This document shows positions 39,742 through 48,050 of a stretch of DNA of 64,000 bases, piece after piece (the stretch's first letter is position 1; every line of letters starts with the position of its first letter). The notes beneath the pieces were generated by a model. It saw nothing but the letters and a program-made list of their open reading frames with translations, was not told where the DNA came from and did not search any database. The stretch is taken from NCBI GenBank assembly GCA_024402025.1, contig JAKSJY010000001.1, positions 84 to 64,083 on the forward strand. The letters run 5' to 3'. Source of the DNA: Bacteroidales bacterium. GTDB taxonomy: Bacteria > Bacteroidota > Bacteroidia > Bacteroidales > UBA932. Both the position numbers and the translations under genes were made by a program.

Positions 39742-41060
39742 TACGTGCGCTGCTGATAGTTTATCTTTCGCTTTCCGAGTGCCTTTCACTCGGAGAGATG
39801 AACGACCCGGCTCTTAAGAATGCCAGGCTTGACGTGTCGGCGGCAATGGAGCAGAGGTCTGCTGCCAGATGGGAGTATGCGCCGAGGCTGAGCGTCAATG
39901 CCTATGCCTTCCATTCCCTGCGCCCGCTTGTCAAGGTGGACGCCACGGACATCCTCGGCACCGGCGACTATGCCCGGGCCCTCAGCAGCCACATAAACGA
40001 GCTGGCCTACGAATTCGGGATGACTCCTTATTTCACGATGATGGACCACGGCTGTTTTTCAATGGCTCTGGCAATGCAGCCGCTTTATGCCGGCGGGCGC
40101 ATCTTCAACGGCAACAAGCTTGCAGACCTTGCGTTGGAGGCTTCCAGGCTTCAACTTTCCATCAAGGGCAGGGAAACGGCGGCGGCCATAGAGGAAAAGT
40201 ACTTCAGGATTGTTTCCCTCCAGGAAAAGGAACGCACCCTCGAGGAGGCCGTAAAACTCGTCGGCAACGTTGAAAAGGACGTCCGCAGCGCAATAGCGGC
40301 GGGCATCGCCTGCGAAGCGGACCTTCTGCAGGTGAAGTTGAAACAGAAGGAACTCGAAGGCGCGGCGGTGAAACTGCGTGGCGGCATCAGACTGGCCAAG
40401 ATGGACCTGTTCAATGCAATAGGTTACGAGTATTCCTATCTCGGGTTGGGGGATATCATCCTTTCCGATTCTCCGCAGGAGACCAGAAGTCCGCTGGAGC
40501 TTGCCGTTCCGGAAGAGGGGATGTCGCGTCCGCAGGAGTCCAGGCTCCTCGAGCTCCAGGTGGAAGGGGCAAGGCTGCAAAAGAAGATGGCTCTCGGGGA
40601 GTATCTTCCTCAGGTTGCCATAGGAGCCGGTTACGGATACGGGGACATGACAGGTCTGGCGCATAGCGACAAGACCAATGCACTGGCGTTCGCCACCGTC
40701 CAGATTCCCATCACTGACATTGCCAAGGCCGTTCACACCGGCAGGAAACACGAATATCAGGTGGAGAAAGCGCGCAATGACCAGGCATACTATGAGGCCC
40801 AACTTGAGTTGCAGGTCCGTGCGCTGCAATTGGAGATGGAGACGGCCTGGGACGAAGTGGGAATCCGCCGTGAAGCGGTGGGTGTGGCGGAGGATTCCGA
40901 AAGGCGCATCCGGGCAAGTTTCAATGCCGGAATGGTGTCCGCGTCAGATGTGCTGGAGGTGGAATTGTCACTCCAGACGGCAAAAGAGGAACTTCTCGAT
41001 GCTCAGCTTGCATACAAGAAAGCATCGATGGCTTATCTGAGGCGCTGCGGAAAGCTATAG
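39738..41060 (+). CDS. TolC-family outer membrane efflux protein
   Basis: QPLYAGGRI, YLPQV..GAGY, VQIPITD, F.AG....DVL repeats; follows the RND permease with ATGA overlap. Confidence 0.9.
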   Translation: MIRALLIVYLSLSECLSLGEMNDPALKNARLDVSAAMEQRSAARWEYAPRLSVNAYAFHSLRPLVKVDATDILGTGDYARALSSHINELAYEFGMTPYFTMMDHGCFSMALAMQPLYAGGRIFNGNKLADLALEASRLQLSIKGRETAAAIEEKYFRIVSLQEKERTLEEAVKLVGNVEKDVRSAIAAGIACEADLLQVKLKQKELEGAAVKLRGGIRLAKMDLFNAIGYEYSYLGLGDIILSDSPQETRSPLELAVPEEGMSRPQESRLLELQVEGARLQKKMALGEYLPQVAIGAGYGYGDMTGLAHSDKTNALAFATVQIPITDIAKAVHTGRKHEYQVEKARNDQAYYEAQLELQVRALQLEMETAWDEVGIRREAVGVAEDSERRIRASFNAGMVSASDVLEVELSLQTAKEELLDAQLAYKKASMAYLRRCGKL

Positions 41061-41957
41061 TCCGAAAGTCTTCCTGATGAAGGCTTCGTAATGCGGAAGC
41101 ATAACGCCGAGGTTGAAGCTGACGAGGAAAAGTTTTATGCTGGTGAAATACGTCAGCTTTTCATTGACGACGGCCTTCGTTGTCCCCTTTCCGAAATATT
41201 TTTCCGCCAGGTTCTCTTCACCGAAGAAATATTCGTCCACGAAGGCGTCCCAGAACTTTGAGGTAAGGTCCCTGCCCATATGGAAACTTTCCACGCGGAA
41301 TTCTTCGGCTGCAAAAAGGCACACGTTCTGTAACATTCCCAGATCAAAGAGAGGATAACCCCGGGCGAAATACCCCAGGTCGATGAAATAGACGTCGTGC
41401 GGGTCGGACATCGGGGCTCCTGTCGGGAGAGTGGTCAGGGTGTTGCCGAAATGCATGTCGCCGTGGATGGCGGTTTTGGCATCGGGCAAATTCCTGATGA
41501 ACTCGAGTATGGGGGCCTTTTCCTCATCGGTAAAGGATTTTTCCGCCTCCACCAGATGGATGAACTGCTGCTTCGCATCGGGAAAATATCCGTCCGGAAG
41601 CGGGGTGGAATGGAGTTTCTTGCACATCCTTGCGAATTCGACAGCATACTCCGCGACCCTTTCCGGCTCCTGGGATACGGCGCGTGCGTGCGAGCGTTTC
41701 CCCACTATGCGGCGGAACCTGATGCCGATCCGTTTCCCGTCGGTAACCAGTTCCCCCGGTTCGGGCGAAGGAATTCCTGCCTGAAAAACCTTCCTCGCGA
41801 CTTCGAGTTCGGTGTATATTGTATCGGTGGGATAATCTTCGCTGTAGAGTTTTACCATCATATCGGGATCGGAGATGCAGTCATAGCTGGCTCCGTTGGC
41901 CCCTTCGCCGGACTGGCGGTAATCATCGAGATCAATCAGTTCTGCTTCCATTGTCAT
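41055..41957 (-). CDS. APH/choline-kinase-like phosphotransferase (TIGR02172-like)
   Basis: G-rich loop GEGANG, VKLY, catalytic HGDMHFGN, FIDLG, PLFDLG. Confidence 0.8.
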   Translation of the reverse strand: MTMEAELIDLDDYRQSGEGANGASYDCISDPDMMVKLYSEDYPTDTIYTELEVARKVFQAGIPSPEPGELVTDGKRIGIRFRRIVGKRSHARAVSQEPERVAEYAVEFARMCKKLHSTPLPDGYFPDAKQQFIHLVEAEKSFTDEEKAPILEFIRNLPDAKTAIHGDMHFGNTLTTLPTGAPMSDPHDVYFIDLGYFARGYPLFDLGMLQNVCLFAAEEFRVESFHMGRDLTSKFWDAFVDEYFFGEENLAEKYFGKGTTKAVVNEKLTYFTSIKLFLVSFNLGVMLPHYEAFIRKTFGL

Positions 41958-43018
41958 ATCGTTTGGGCAACTTTAGATGCGAGTTCCAGGAATGCGACCG
42001 AGTCCGGACGGTTCGAGAGCGCGGCCGGTTCTCCGCTGTCTCCGCCCTCTCTGAGGCTCTGTACCAGAGGCACCTGCGCGAGCAGCGGAATTCCGAATCC
42101 TGCAGCCGTCTCGACCCCTCCGTTCTTCCCGAAGATGTAATATTTTTCATCCGGATGTTCCTCCGGCGTAAACCAGGCCATGTTTTCCACTATGCCGAGG
42201 ATTCTGCGGTTGACGTTCTCGTTGCGCAGCATGCTCACGCCTTTCCTCACGTCGGCAAGCGCCACCTTCTGCGGAGTGGTGACCACTATGGCCGCCTCCA
42301 TCGGAATGTCCTGGACCAGCGAGATGTGGATGTCTCCCGTCCCCGGCGGCATATCTATCAGCAGGAAGTCGAGGTCTCCCCAGGCAACCTGGAGTATCAT
42401 CTGTTTCAGCGCGTTGCAGGCCATCGGCCCCCTCCATATCAGAGCCTGGTCCTCGCCCGCGAAATAGCCTACGGACATCCACTTCACTCCGAACTTTTCC
42501 ACCGGGACCATCAGTTCCTGCCCGTCGTCCGAGCGTATCGCCTCCGGCTGGAATCCCTGCGTGCCCGTCATTGTCGGGATGCTGGGTCCGTAAACGTCCG
42601 CATCCGCCAGCCCCACCTTGTATCCGGCTCTGGCAAGGGCTACAGCCAGGTTTACGGAGACGGTGGACTTACCCACGCCTCCCTTGCCCGAAGCGATGCC
42701 TATGATATGCTTGATGCCGGCAAGCTGGTCCTGGTTGAGTTCGAGACCCTTTTTGGGGGACGGTTTCACGTCGTCCTTCACCACGGTCTTCACTTCCGTG
42801 CGGATACCCTTGCATCCGCGTACGAGCGCGGCGCGGGCCGCCCCGATGAGATATTCGGACAGCGGGTCGCGTCTTTTGCCGAAGGCAAGAGTGACGGTGA
42901 CCCCGTCCGGGGTAATATCTATGTTGTCCACCATACCGAGCGCGACGATGCTTCTGTCGTCTTTCGCCCGATGCCGGACCTCGTCCAGCATTTCAAGTAT
43001 TTCTCCCTTTGTCAACAT
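41954..43018 (-). CDS. mrp: Mrp/NBP35 (ApbC) Fe-S cluster carrier ATPase
   Basis: ASGKGGVGKST, DADVYGPSIP, WRGPM, IDMPPGTGD, VTTPQ, GIVENM; start ATG 43018. Confidence 0.93.
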   Translation of the reverse strand: MLTKGEILEMLDEVRHRAKDDRSIVALGMVDNIDITPDGVTVTLAFGKRRDPLSEYLIGAARAALVRGCKGIRTEVKTVVKDDVKPSPKKGLELNQDQLAGIKHIIGIASGKGGVGKSTVSVNLAVALARAGYKVGLADADVYGPSIPTMTGTQGFQPEAIRSDDGQELMVPVEKFGVKWMSVGYFAGEDQALIWRGPMACNALKQMILQVAWGDLDFLLIDMPPGTGDIHISLVQDIPMEAAIVVTTPQKVALADVRKGVSMLRNENVNRRILGIVENMAWFTPEEHPDEKYYIFGKNGGVETAAGFGIPLLAQVPLVQSLREGGDSGEPAALSNRPDSVAFLELASKVAQTI

Positions 43019-43022
43019 AGTG

Positions 43023-43030
43023 CAAATATA
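43023..43030 (-). promoter_or_regulatory. -7 box TATATTTG(CA) for mrp
   Basis: Consensus match 4 nt from the ATG. Confidence 0.6.
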
Positions 43031-43148
43031 CGAAATCCGGGCAAAATATGTTGACCTATATGGTTGGAATCCTCTCCTGAAGTACAGTTGTCGTATATAG
43101 GCAGGACTCAACCTGCCAAGGACAGTGCCGACGAGCCGGAAAAATAGT

Positions 43149-43156
43149 TATATTTG
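43149..43156 (+). promoter_or_regulatory. -7 box TATATTTG for the aspS operon
   Basis: Consensus match followed by an A-rich 30-nt leader. Confidence 0.6.
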
Positions 43157-43186
43157 TAGGTTAGGAAACAAATAATACAATATACT

Positions 43187-44923
43187 ATGTACAGAACAAA
43201 GACTTGCGGCGAACTCAGGCTCGCCGACAAAGGCACAAAGGTCACCCTTGCAGGTTGGGTGCAGAAAGTCAGGAGCCTCGGCTCGATGACTTTCGTCGAC
43301 CTGCGCGACAGGTATGGCATTACCCAGCTCGTATTTGACGGAACGGTTGATATTGGCCGCGAATATGTAATCCAGGTTACCGGCGAGGTTCTCGAGCGCG
43401 AAAGCAAGAACCCGAAACTTCCCACCGGGGAAATCGAGGTGAAGGCCGAGAATCTCAACGTCCTCAACAAGGCCCAGACCCCTCCGTTCACAATCGAGGA
43501 GGTTTCCGACGGCGGCGAGGATCTCCGTGCCAAGTACCGCTACCTCGACCTGCGCAGGGCTCCGCTCCAGAGGGCGCTTGCGCTGCGCCACCGTCTTGCC
43601 CAGGAAACACGTTCGTATCTGGACTCCAAGGGTTTCATGGAGATAGAGACTCCTTACCTCATCAAGTCCACACCGGAGGGGGCCCGCGATTTCGTGGTGC
43701 CTTCCCGTATGAATCCCGGGACTTTCTACGCGCTGCCCCAGAGTCCCCAGACCTTCAAGCAACTGCTGATGGTCGCAGGCTACGACAGGTATTTCCAGAT
43801 TGTAAGGTGCTTCCGCGACGAGGACCTGCGCGCCGACCGTCAGCCCGAGTTCACGCAGATTGACTGCGAGATGTCTTTCGTCGAGCAGGAAGACGTACTC
43901 AACACCTTCGAGGGAATGATGCGTCAGATGTTCAGGAACGCCATCGGCGTGGATATTCCGGATCCCCTTCCGAGGATGAGCTGGTATGACGCAATGGACA
44001 ACTACGGCTCAGACAAACCCGACATCCGTTTCGGAATGAAGATTCACGACATAACGGACCTCGCCAAGGGCAGCGGCTTCAGCGTTTTCGACAGCTCCGA
44101 GTACATAGGTGCAATCTGCGCCGAAGGGTGCGGAGACTACACCCGCAAGCAGACAGATGAGCTTACCGAATGGGTCAAGAGGCCTCAGGTAGGCGCAAAG
44201 GGGCTTGTATATATCAAGCTTGGCGCAGAAGGCATCAAGTCCTCGATAGACAAGTTCTTCACACCCGAGCAGCTCTCCAAGATTGCGGACAGGCTCGGTG
44301 CAAAGCAGGGCGATATCATTTTCATCCTCTGCGGATCCAAGCGCAAGACCCAGACCCAACTCGGCGTACTCCGCATCGAAATGGGAAACAGGCTTGGCCT
44401 TCGCGACCCGAAGGTGTTCGCACCTCTGTGGATAGTGGACTTCCCTCTGCTCGAGTGGAGCGAGGAGGACGGCCGCTTCTATGCAATGCATCATCCGTTT
44501 ACGGCACCCAAGCCCGAACATGAACAGTGGTTCTATTCCGACAGGAAGGAAGACCTCGAGAGAGTTTGCGCCAACGCCTACGACTTCGTGCTCAACGGCA
44601 CCGAACTCGGCGGCGGCTCCATCCGAATCCACAACGCGGATATGCAGAAGCGTATGTTCGAAGTGCTCGGCATTTCCGAGCAGGAGGCTGAATACAAGTT
44701 CGGATTCATCATCAACGCCTTCAAATTCGGAGCACCTCCCCACGGAGGCCTTGCATTCGGTTTCGACCGCGTGTGCGCCCTGTTCGGCGGACAGGAGACA
44801 ATCCGCGACTACATAGCATTCCCCAAGAACAACCAGGGCCGCGACGTGATGATAGATTCGCCGAGCAAGATCGACCAGGCCCAGATGGACGAACTTTATC
44901 TCGTGTCGAAGGCGGAATGCTGA
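43187..44923 (+). CDS. aspS: Aspartate--tRNA ligase
   Basis: [64 protein letters not shown]. Confidence 0.98.
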   Translation: MYRTKTCGELRLADKGTKVTLAGWVQKVRSLGSMTFVDLRDRYGITQLVFDGTVDIGREYVIQVTGEVLERESKNPKLPTGEIEVKAENLNVLNKAQTPPFTIEEVSDGGEDLRAKYRYLDLRRAPLQRALALRHRLAQETRSYLDSKGFMEIETPYLIKSTPEGARDFVVPSRMNPGTFYALPQSPQTFKQLLMVAGYDRYFQIVRCFRDEDLRADRQPEFTQIDCEMSFVEQEDVLNTFEGMMRQMFRNAIGVDIPDPLPRMSWYDAMDNYGSDKPDIRFGMKIHDITDLAKGSGFSVFDSSEYIGAICAEGCGDYTRKQTDELTEWVKRPQVGAKGLVYIKLGAEGIKSSIDKFFTPEQLSKIADRLGAKQGDIIFILCGSKRKTQTQLGVLRIEMGNRLGLRDPKVFAPLWIVDFPLLEWSEEDGRFYAMHHPFTAPKPEHEQWFYSDRKEDLERVCANAYDFVLNGTELGGGSIRIHNADMQKRMFEVLGISEQEAEYKFGFIINAFKFGAPPHGGLAFGFDRVCALFGGQETIRDYIAFPKNNQGRDVMIDSPSKIDQAQMDELYLVSKAEC

Positions 44924-45915
44924 AAAGGGAGAAATACGATCTTTCCTCGTCCAACACCTTCGGCCTGAAGGTCAGTTGCGCGTGCCACATCGAGTACGAT
45001 TCCGTTGAGGAGCTTGCATCTCTCGATGTGTCAGCCCTGCCGGGACCGCTGCTGTCTGTAGGCGAGGGTTCGAATCTCCTTTTCACAGGCGATTTTCCCG
45101 GCACGGTTCTGCGGAGCCGGATATCCTACATCAAATATTTCGACGTAGGCGCAGACCAGGTCCCCGTTGCAGTCGGCGCGGGTGTCAAGTGGGATGATTT
45201 CGTAGCGAAGGCCTGTGATGACGCTCTCTGGGGAGCGGAGAACCTTTCCGGCATCCCCGGGACCGTAGGAGCGGCTGCCGTCCAGAACATCGGGGCTTAC
45301 GGCGTCGAGGCGAAGGATATCATCGCGGGAGTCACCCTTTGGGATCTGCAGAAAAAGGAAAAAGTTTCCTTCAAGGCCGCCGAATGCAAGTACGGGTACA
45401 GGGACAGCATTTTCAAATCCCCCGAATTCAAGGGGCGCTATGTCGTCACCGGAGTCCTGTTCAGGCTTTCGCGCAAAGCCGTTCCCCGCACCGGGTACAA
45501 GGGCCTTTCCGGAATCGACACTTCCAGCCCCAAGTCGATCAGGGAGGCCGTCCTCGGCATACGCTGCGAAAAGTTGCCGGATCCCGCGAAGACGGGCAGT
45601 GCCGGAAGTTTCTTCAAGAACCCGATAGTGTCCGCAGGCGATTTTGCAAGGATTTCCGAAGGGTTCGAAACGGTACCCCACTACGTGCTTGACGGAGGTT
45701 TCATAAAGGTCCCGGCAGCCTGGATGATAGAGCAGTGCTCTTTGAAGGGGTATTGCGTCGGCGGCGCGGCCGTATATGACAAGCAGCCCCTGGTAATCGT
45801 CAATGCAAGCGGCAATGCCACTTCGCAGGACATTCTGGAACTTGAGAAAACAATTATAGACAAAGTTGAAGAGCGCTTCGGCGTTACCTTACATCCTGAA
45901 GTAGAACATATCTGA
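44917..45915 (+). CDS. murB: UDP-N-acetylmuramate dehydrogenase
   Basis: [53 protein letters not shown]. Confidence 0.95.
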   Translation: MLKREKYDLSSSNTFGLKVSCACHIEYDSVEELASLDVSALPGPLLSVGEGSNLLFTGDFPGTVLRSRISYIKYFDVGADQVPVAVGAGVKWDDFVAKACDDALWGAENLSGIPGTVGAAAVQNIGAYGVEAKDIIAGVTLWDLQKKEKVSFKAAECKYGYRDSIFKSPEFKGRYVVTGVLFRLSRKAVPRTGYKGLSGIDTSSPKSIREAVLGIRCEKLPDPAKTGSAGSFFKNPIVSAGDFARISEGFETVPHYVLDGGFIKVPAAWMIEQCSLKGYCVGGAAVYDKQPLVIVNASGNATSQDILELEKTIIDKVEERFGVTLHPEVEHI

Positions 45916-45916
45916 T

Positions 45917-47224
45917 ATGGGTTCATTCATCATCGAAGGCGGACACCGCCTCAACGGCAGCATTACACCGCAGGGGGCCAAGAACGAGGCTCTCGAAGTA
46001 ATCAGCGCGGTGCTTCTGACACCCGAAACGGTGACTATCTCCAACATCCCCGAAATTCTCGACACCCTGAATCTCATTTCCCTTCTCGAGGGAATGGGCG
46101 TCAAGGTGGAGCGTCATTGCAAGGGCGAGTACAGTTTCAACTCTTCCGAAATAGACCTCCAATATGTCCAAAGCGAGGCGTTCGTGTGCAAGGCGGCATC
46201 GCTCAGAGGCTCGGTAATGATAGCCGGCCCGCTGCTGGCCCGGTTCGGAGAGGCCTTTTTCCCCAAGCCCGGCGGAGACAAGATAGGCCGCCGCAGGGTG
46301 GACACCCATATCGAAGGCTTTGCCGCCCTGGGCGCGAAATTCAAGTACGCCCCCACCCTCAAGGCCTACCATCTCGAGGCCCGCGACGGCTTACAGGGCA
46401 CATATATGCTTTTGGATGAGGCGTCCGTGACGGGTACTGCCAACATCATAATGGCAGCCACCCTCGCCAGGGGCACCACCACCATCTACAACGCGGCTTG
46501 CGAGCCCTATGTGCAGCAGTTGTGCAAGATGCTCAACGCGATGGGCGCCCGCATTTCCGGCATAGGTTCCAACCTCATCACCATCGAAGGCGTCGAATCC
46601 CTGAAGGGCGCGTCCCACAGGATTCTTCCCGATATGATCGAGGTGGGTTCCTTCATCGGGCTGGCCGCCATCACCCGCAGTTCCATCACCATTCGCGACG
46701 TCGCGTACAAGGAACTGGGCATCATTCCCGAGGCTTTCCGCAGGCTCGGCGTCAAGGTCGAGCAGCGCGGGGACGACATCTTCATCCCCGAGCAGGACTC
46801 ATACGAAATCGATTCGTTCATCGACGGGTCCATCATGACCATCTCCGACGCTCCGTGGCCGGGCCTTACCCCGGACCTGCTGTCCGTGCTGCTCGTGGTG
46901 GCCACGCAGTGCAAGGGAAGTGTGCTCATCCACCAGAAAATGTTCGAGAGCCGACTTTTCTTCGTCGACAAACTTATCGATATGGGGGCGCAGATCATTC
47001 TCTGCGATCCGCACAGGGCGGTTGTGATCGGACACGACCATCAGCACACCCTCAAGGCCGGAAAGATGTCTTCCCCGGACATTCGCGCGGGAATTGCGCT
47101 GCTTCTTGCAGCAATGTCCGCGACGGGCACTTCCGAAATAGACAACATCGAACAGATAGACCGCGGCTACGAAGCCATCGATTCACGGCTTAATGCCCTC
47201 GGCGCACACATAATCAGAAACTGA
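45917..47224 (+). CDS. murA: UDP-N-acetylglucosamine 1-carboxyvinyltransferase
   Basis: GAKN, LRGS, PGGDKIGRR, SVTGTANI, NAACEP, PWPG..PD, FESR, PDIRAG, IDRGYE. Confidence 0.96.
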   Translation: MGSFIIEGGHRLNGSITPQGAKNEALEVISAVLLTPETVTISNIPEILDTLNLISLLEGMGVKVERHCKGEYSFNSSEIDLQYVQSEAFVCKAASLRGSVMIAGPLLARFGEAFFPKPGGDKIGRRRVDTHIEGFAALGAKFKYAPTLKAYHLEARDGLQGTYMLLDEASVTGTANIIMAATLARGTTTIYNAACEPYVQQLCKMLNAMGARISGIGSNLITIEGVESLKGASHRILPDMIEVGSFIGLAAITRSSITIRDVAYKELGIIPEAFRRLGVKVEQRGDDIFIPEQDSYEIDSFIDGSIMTISDAPWPGLTPDLLSVLLVVATQCKGSVLIHQKMFESRLFFVDKLIDMGAQIILCDPHRAVVIGHDHQHTLKAGKMSSPDIRAGIALLLAAMSATGTSEIDNIEQIDRGYEAIDSRLNALGAHIIRN

Positions 47225-47228
47225 CGAC

Positions 47229-48050
47229 ATGCTGTTACTGGACCTCGGATTTCTAAACATATCGCTGCCCGACATCCTGGACATATTGATGGTCGCCACC
47301 ATCATCTACTTTGCCGTGCGGTGGATACGCCACTCTTCGGCAATGAACATCTTCATTGCAATCATCGTCCTGCTTCTGGTTCGCCTGCTGGTGAATGCGC
47401 TCGACATGAAGATGATGTCGGCCCTGCTGGGGGCGGTGATCGACATAGGCACCATCGCGCTTGTCGTTATTTTCCAGCCTGAAATCCGTCACTTCCTGTC
47501 CCGGATCGGGAGGAGGAAGTTCACCGTCAACGGGAGCAGGAAATCCATAGTGGACAGAATCCTCCGAAGGGAGGTGGAGAAGATGGATGCCGACCTTGCG
47601 GACGAGGTGGCCCGCGCCTGCGACGAGATGGCCGAGCAGAAAGTCGGCGCACTTATCGTCATCCCGAGAACAGACAGCCTCGATGCGGTGATAGATTCCG
47701 GGGACAAGATCGATGCGGTGATAAGCAAGAGACTTATCGAGAACATATTCTTCAAGAACTCGCCGCTGCACGACGGTGCGATGGTGCTGGCTTCCAACCG
47801 CATCATTGCGGCCAGATGCACCCTGCCCATCTCCACCAGGGAGAACATCCCCGCAAGGTACGGGATGCGCCACAAGGCGGCCGTCGGCATTTCCGAAGCA
47901 AGTGACGCCGACGTGATAGTGGTAAGCGAACAGACCGGGAAAATCTCCTGGGTCAGCAACGGGGTGATAACTCCGGTCAACAATATAAACACTCTTAAGC
48001 TCCTGATAGCCAATGACGGACAGAAGACTGGAAGCGAAGCTGGGGTTTGA
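47229..48050 (+). CDS. dacA: Diadenylate cyclase (CdaA/DacA type, 3 TM plus DAC domain)
   Basis: Three N-terminal TMs, FQPEIR, SPLHDGA, GMRHKAA, VVSE.TG. Confidence 0.93.
   Translation: MLLLDLGFLNISLPDILDILMVATIIYFAVRWIRHSSAMNIFIAIIVLLLVRLLVNALDMKMMSALLGAVIDIGTIALVVIFQPEIRHFLSRIGRRKFTVNGSRKSIVDRILRREVEKMDADLADEVARACDEMAEQKVGALIVIPRTDSLDAVIDSGDKIDAVISKRLIENIFFKNSPLHDGAMVLASNRIIAARCTLPISTRENIPARYGMRHKAAVGISEASDADVIVVSEQTGKISWVSNGVITPVNNINTLKLLIANDGQKTGSEAGV

Noticed and set aside
43031-43148. Complete tRNA, T-box or known riboswitch upstream of aspS
   Set aside because: No cloverleaf, no T-box sequence or terminator, and no riboswitch consensus that I recognise. Kept only as an unexplained structured element.
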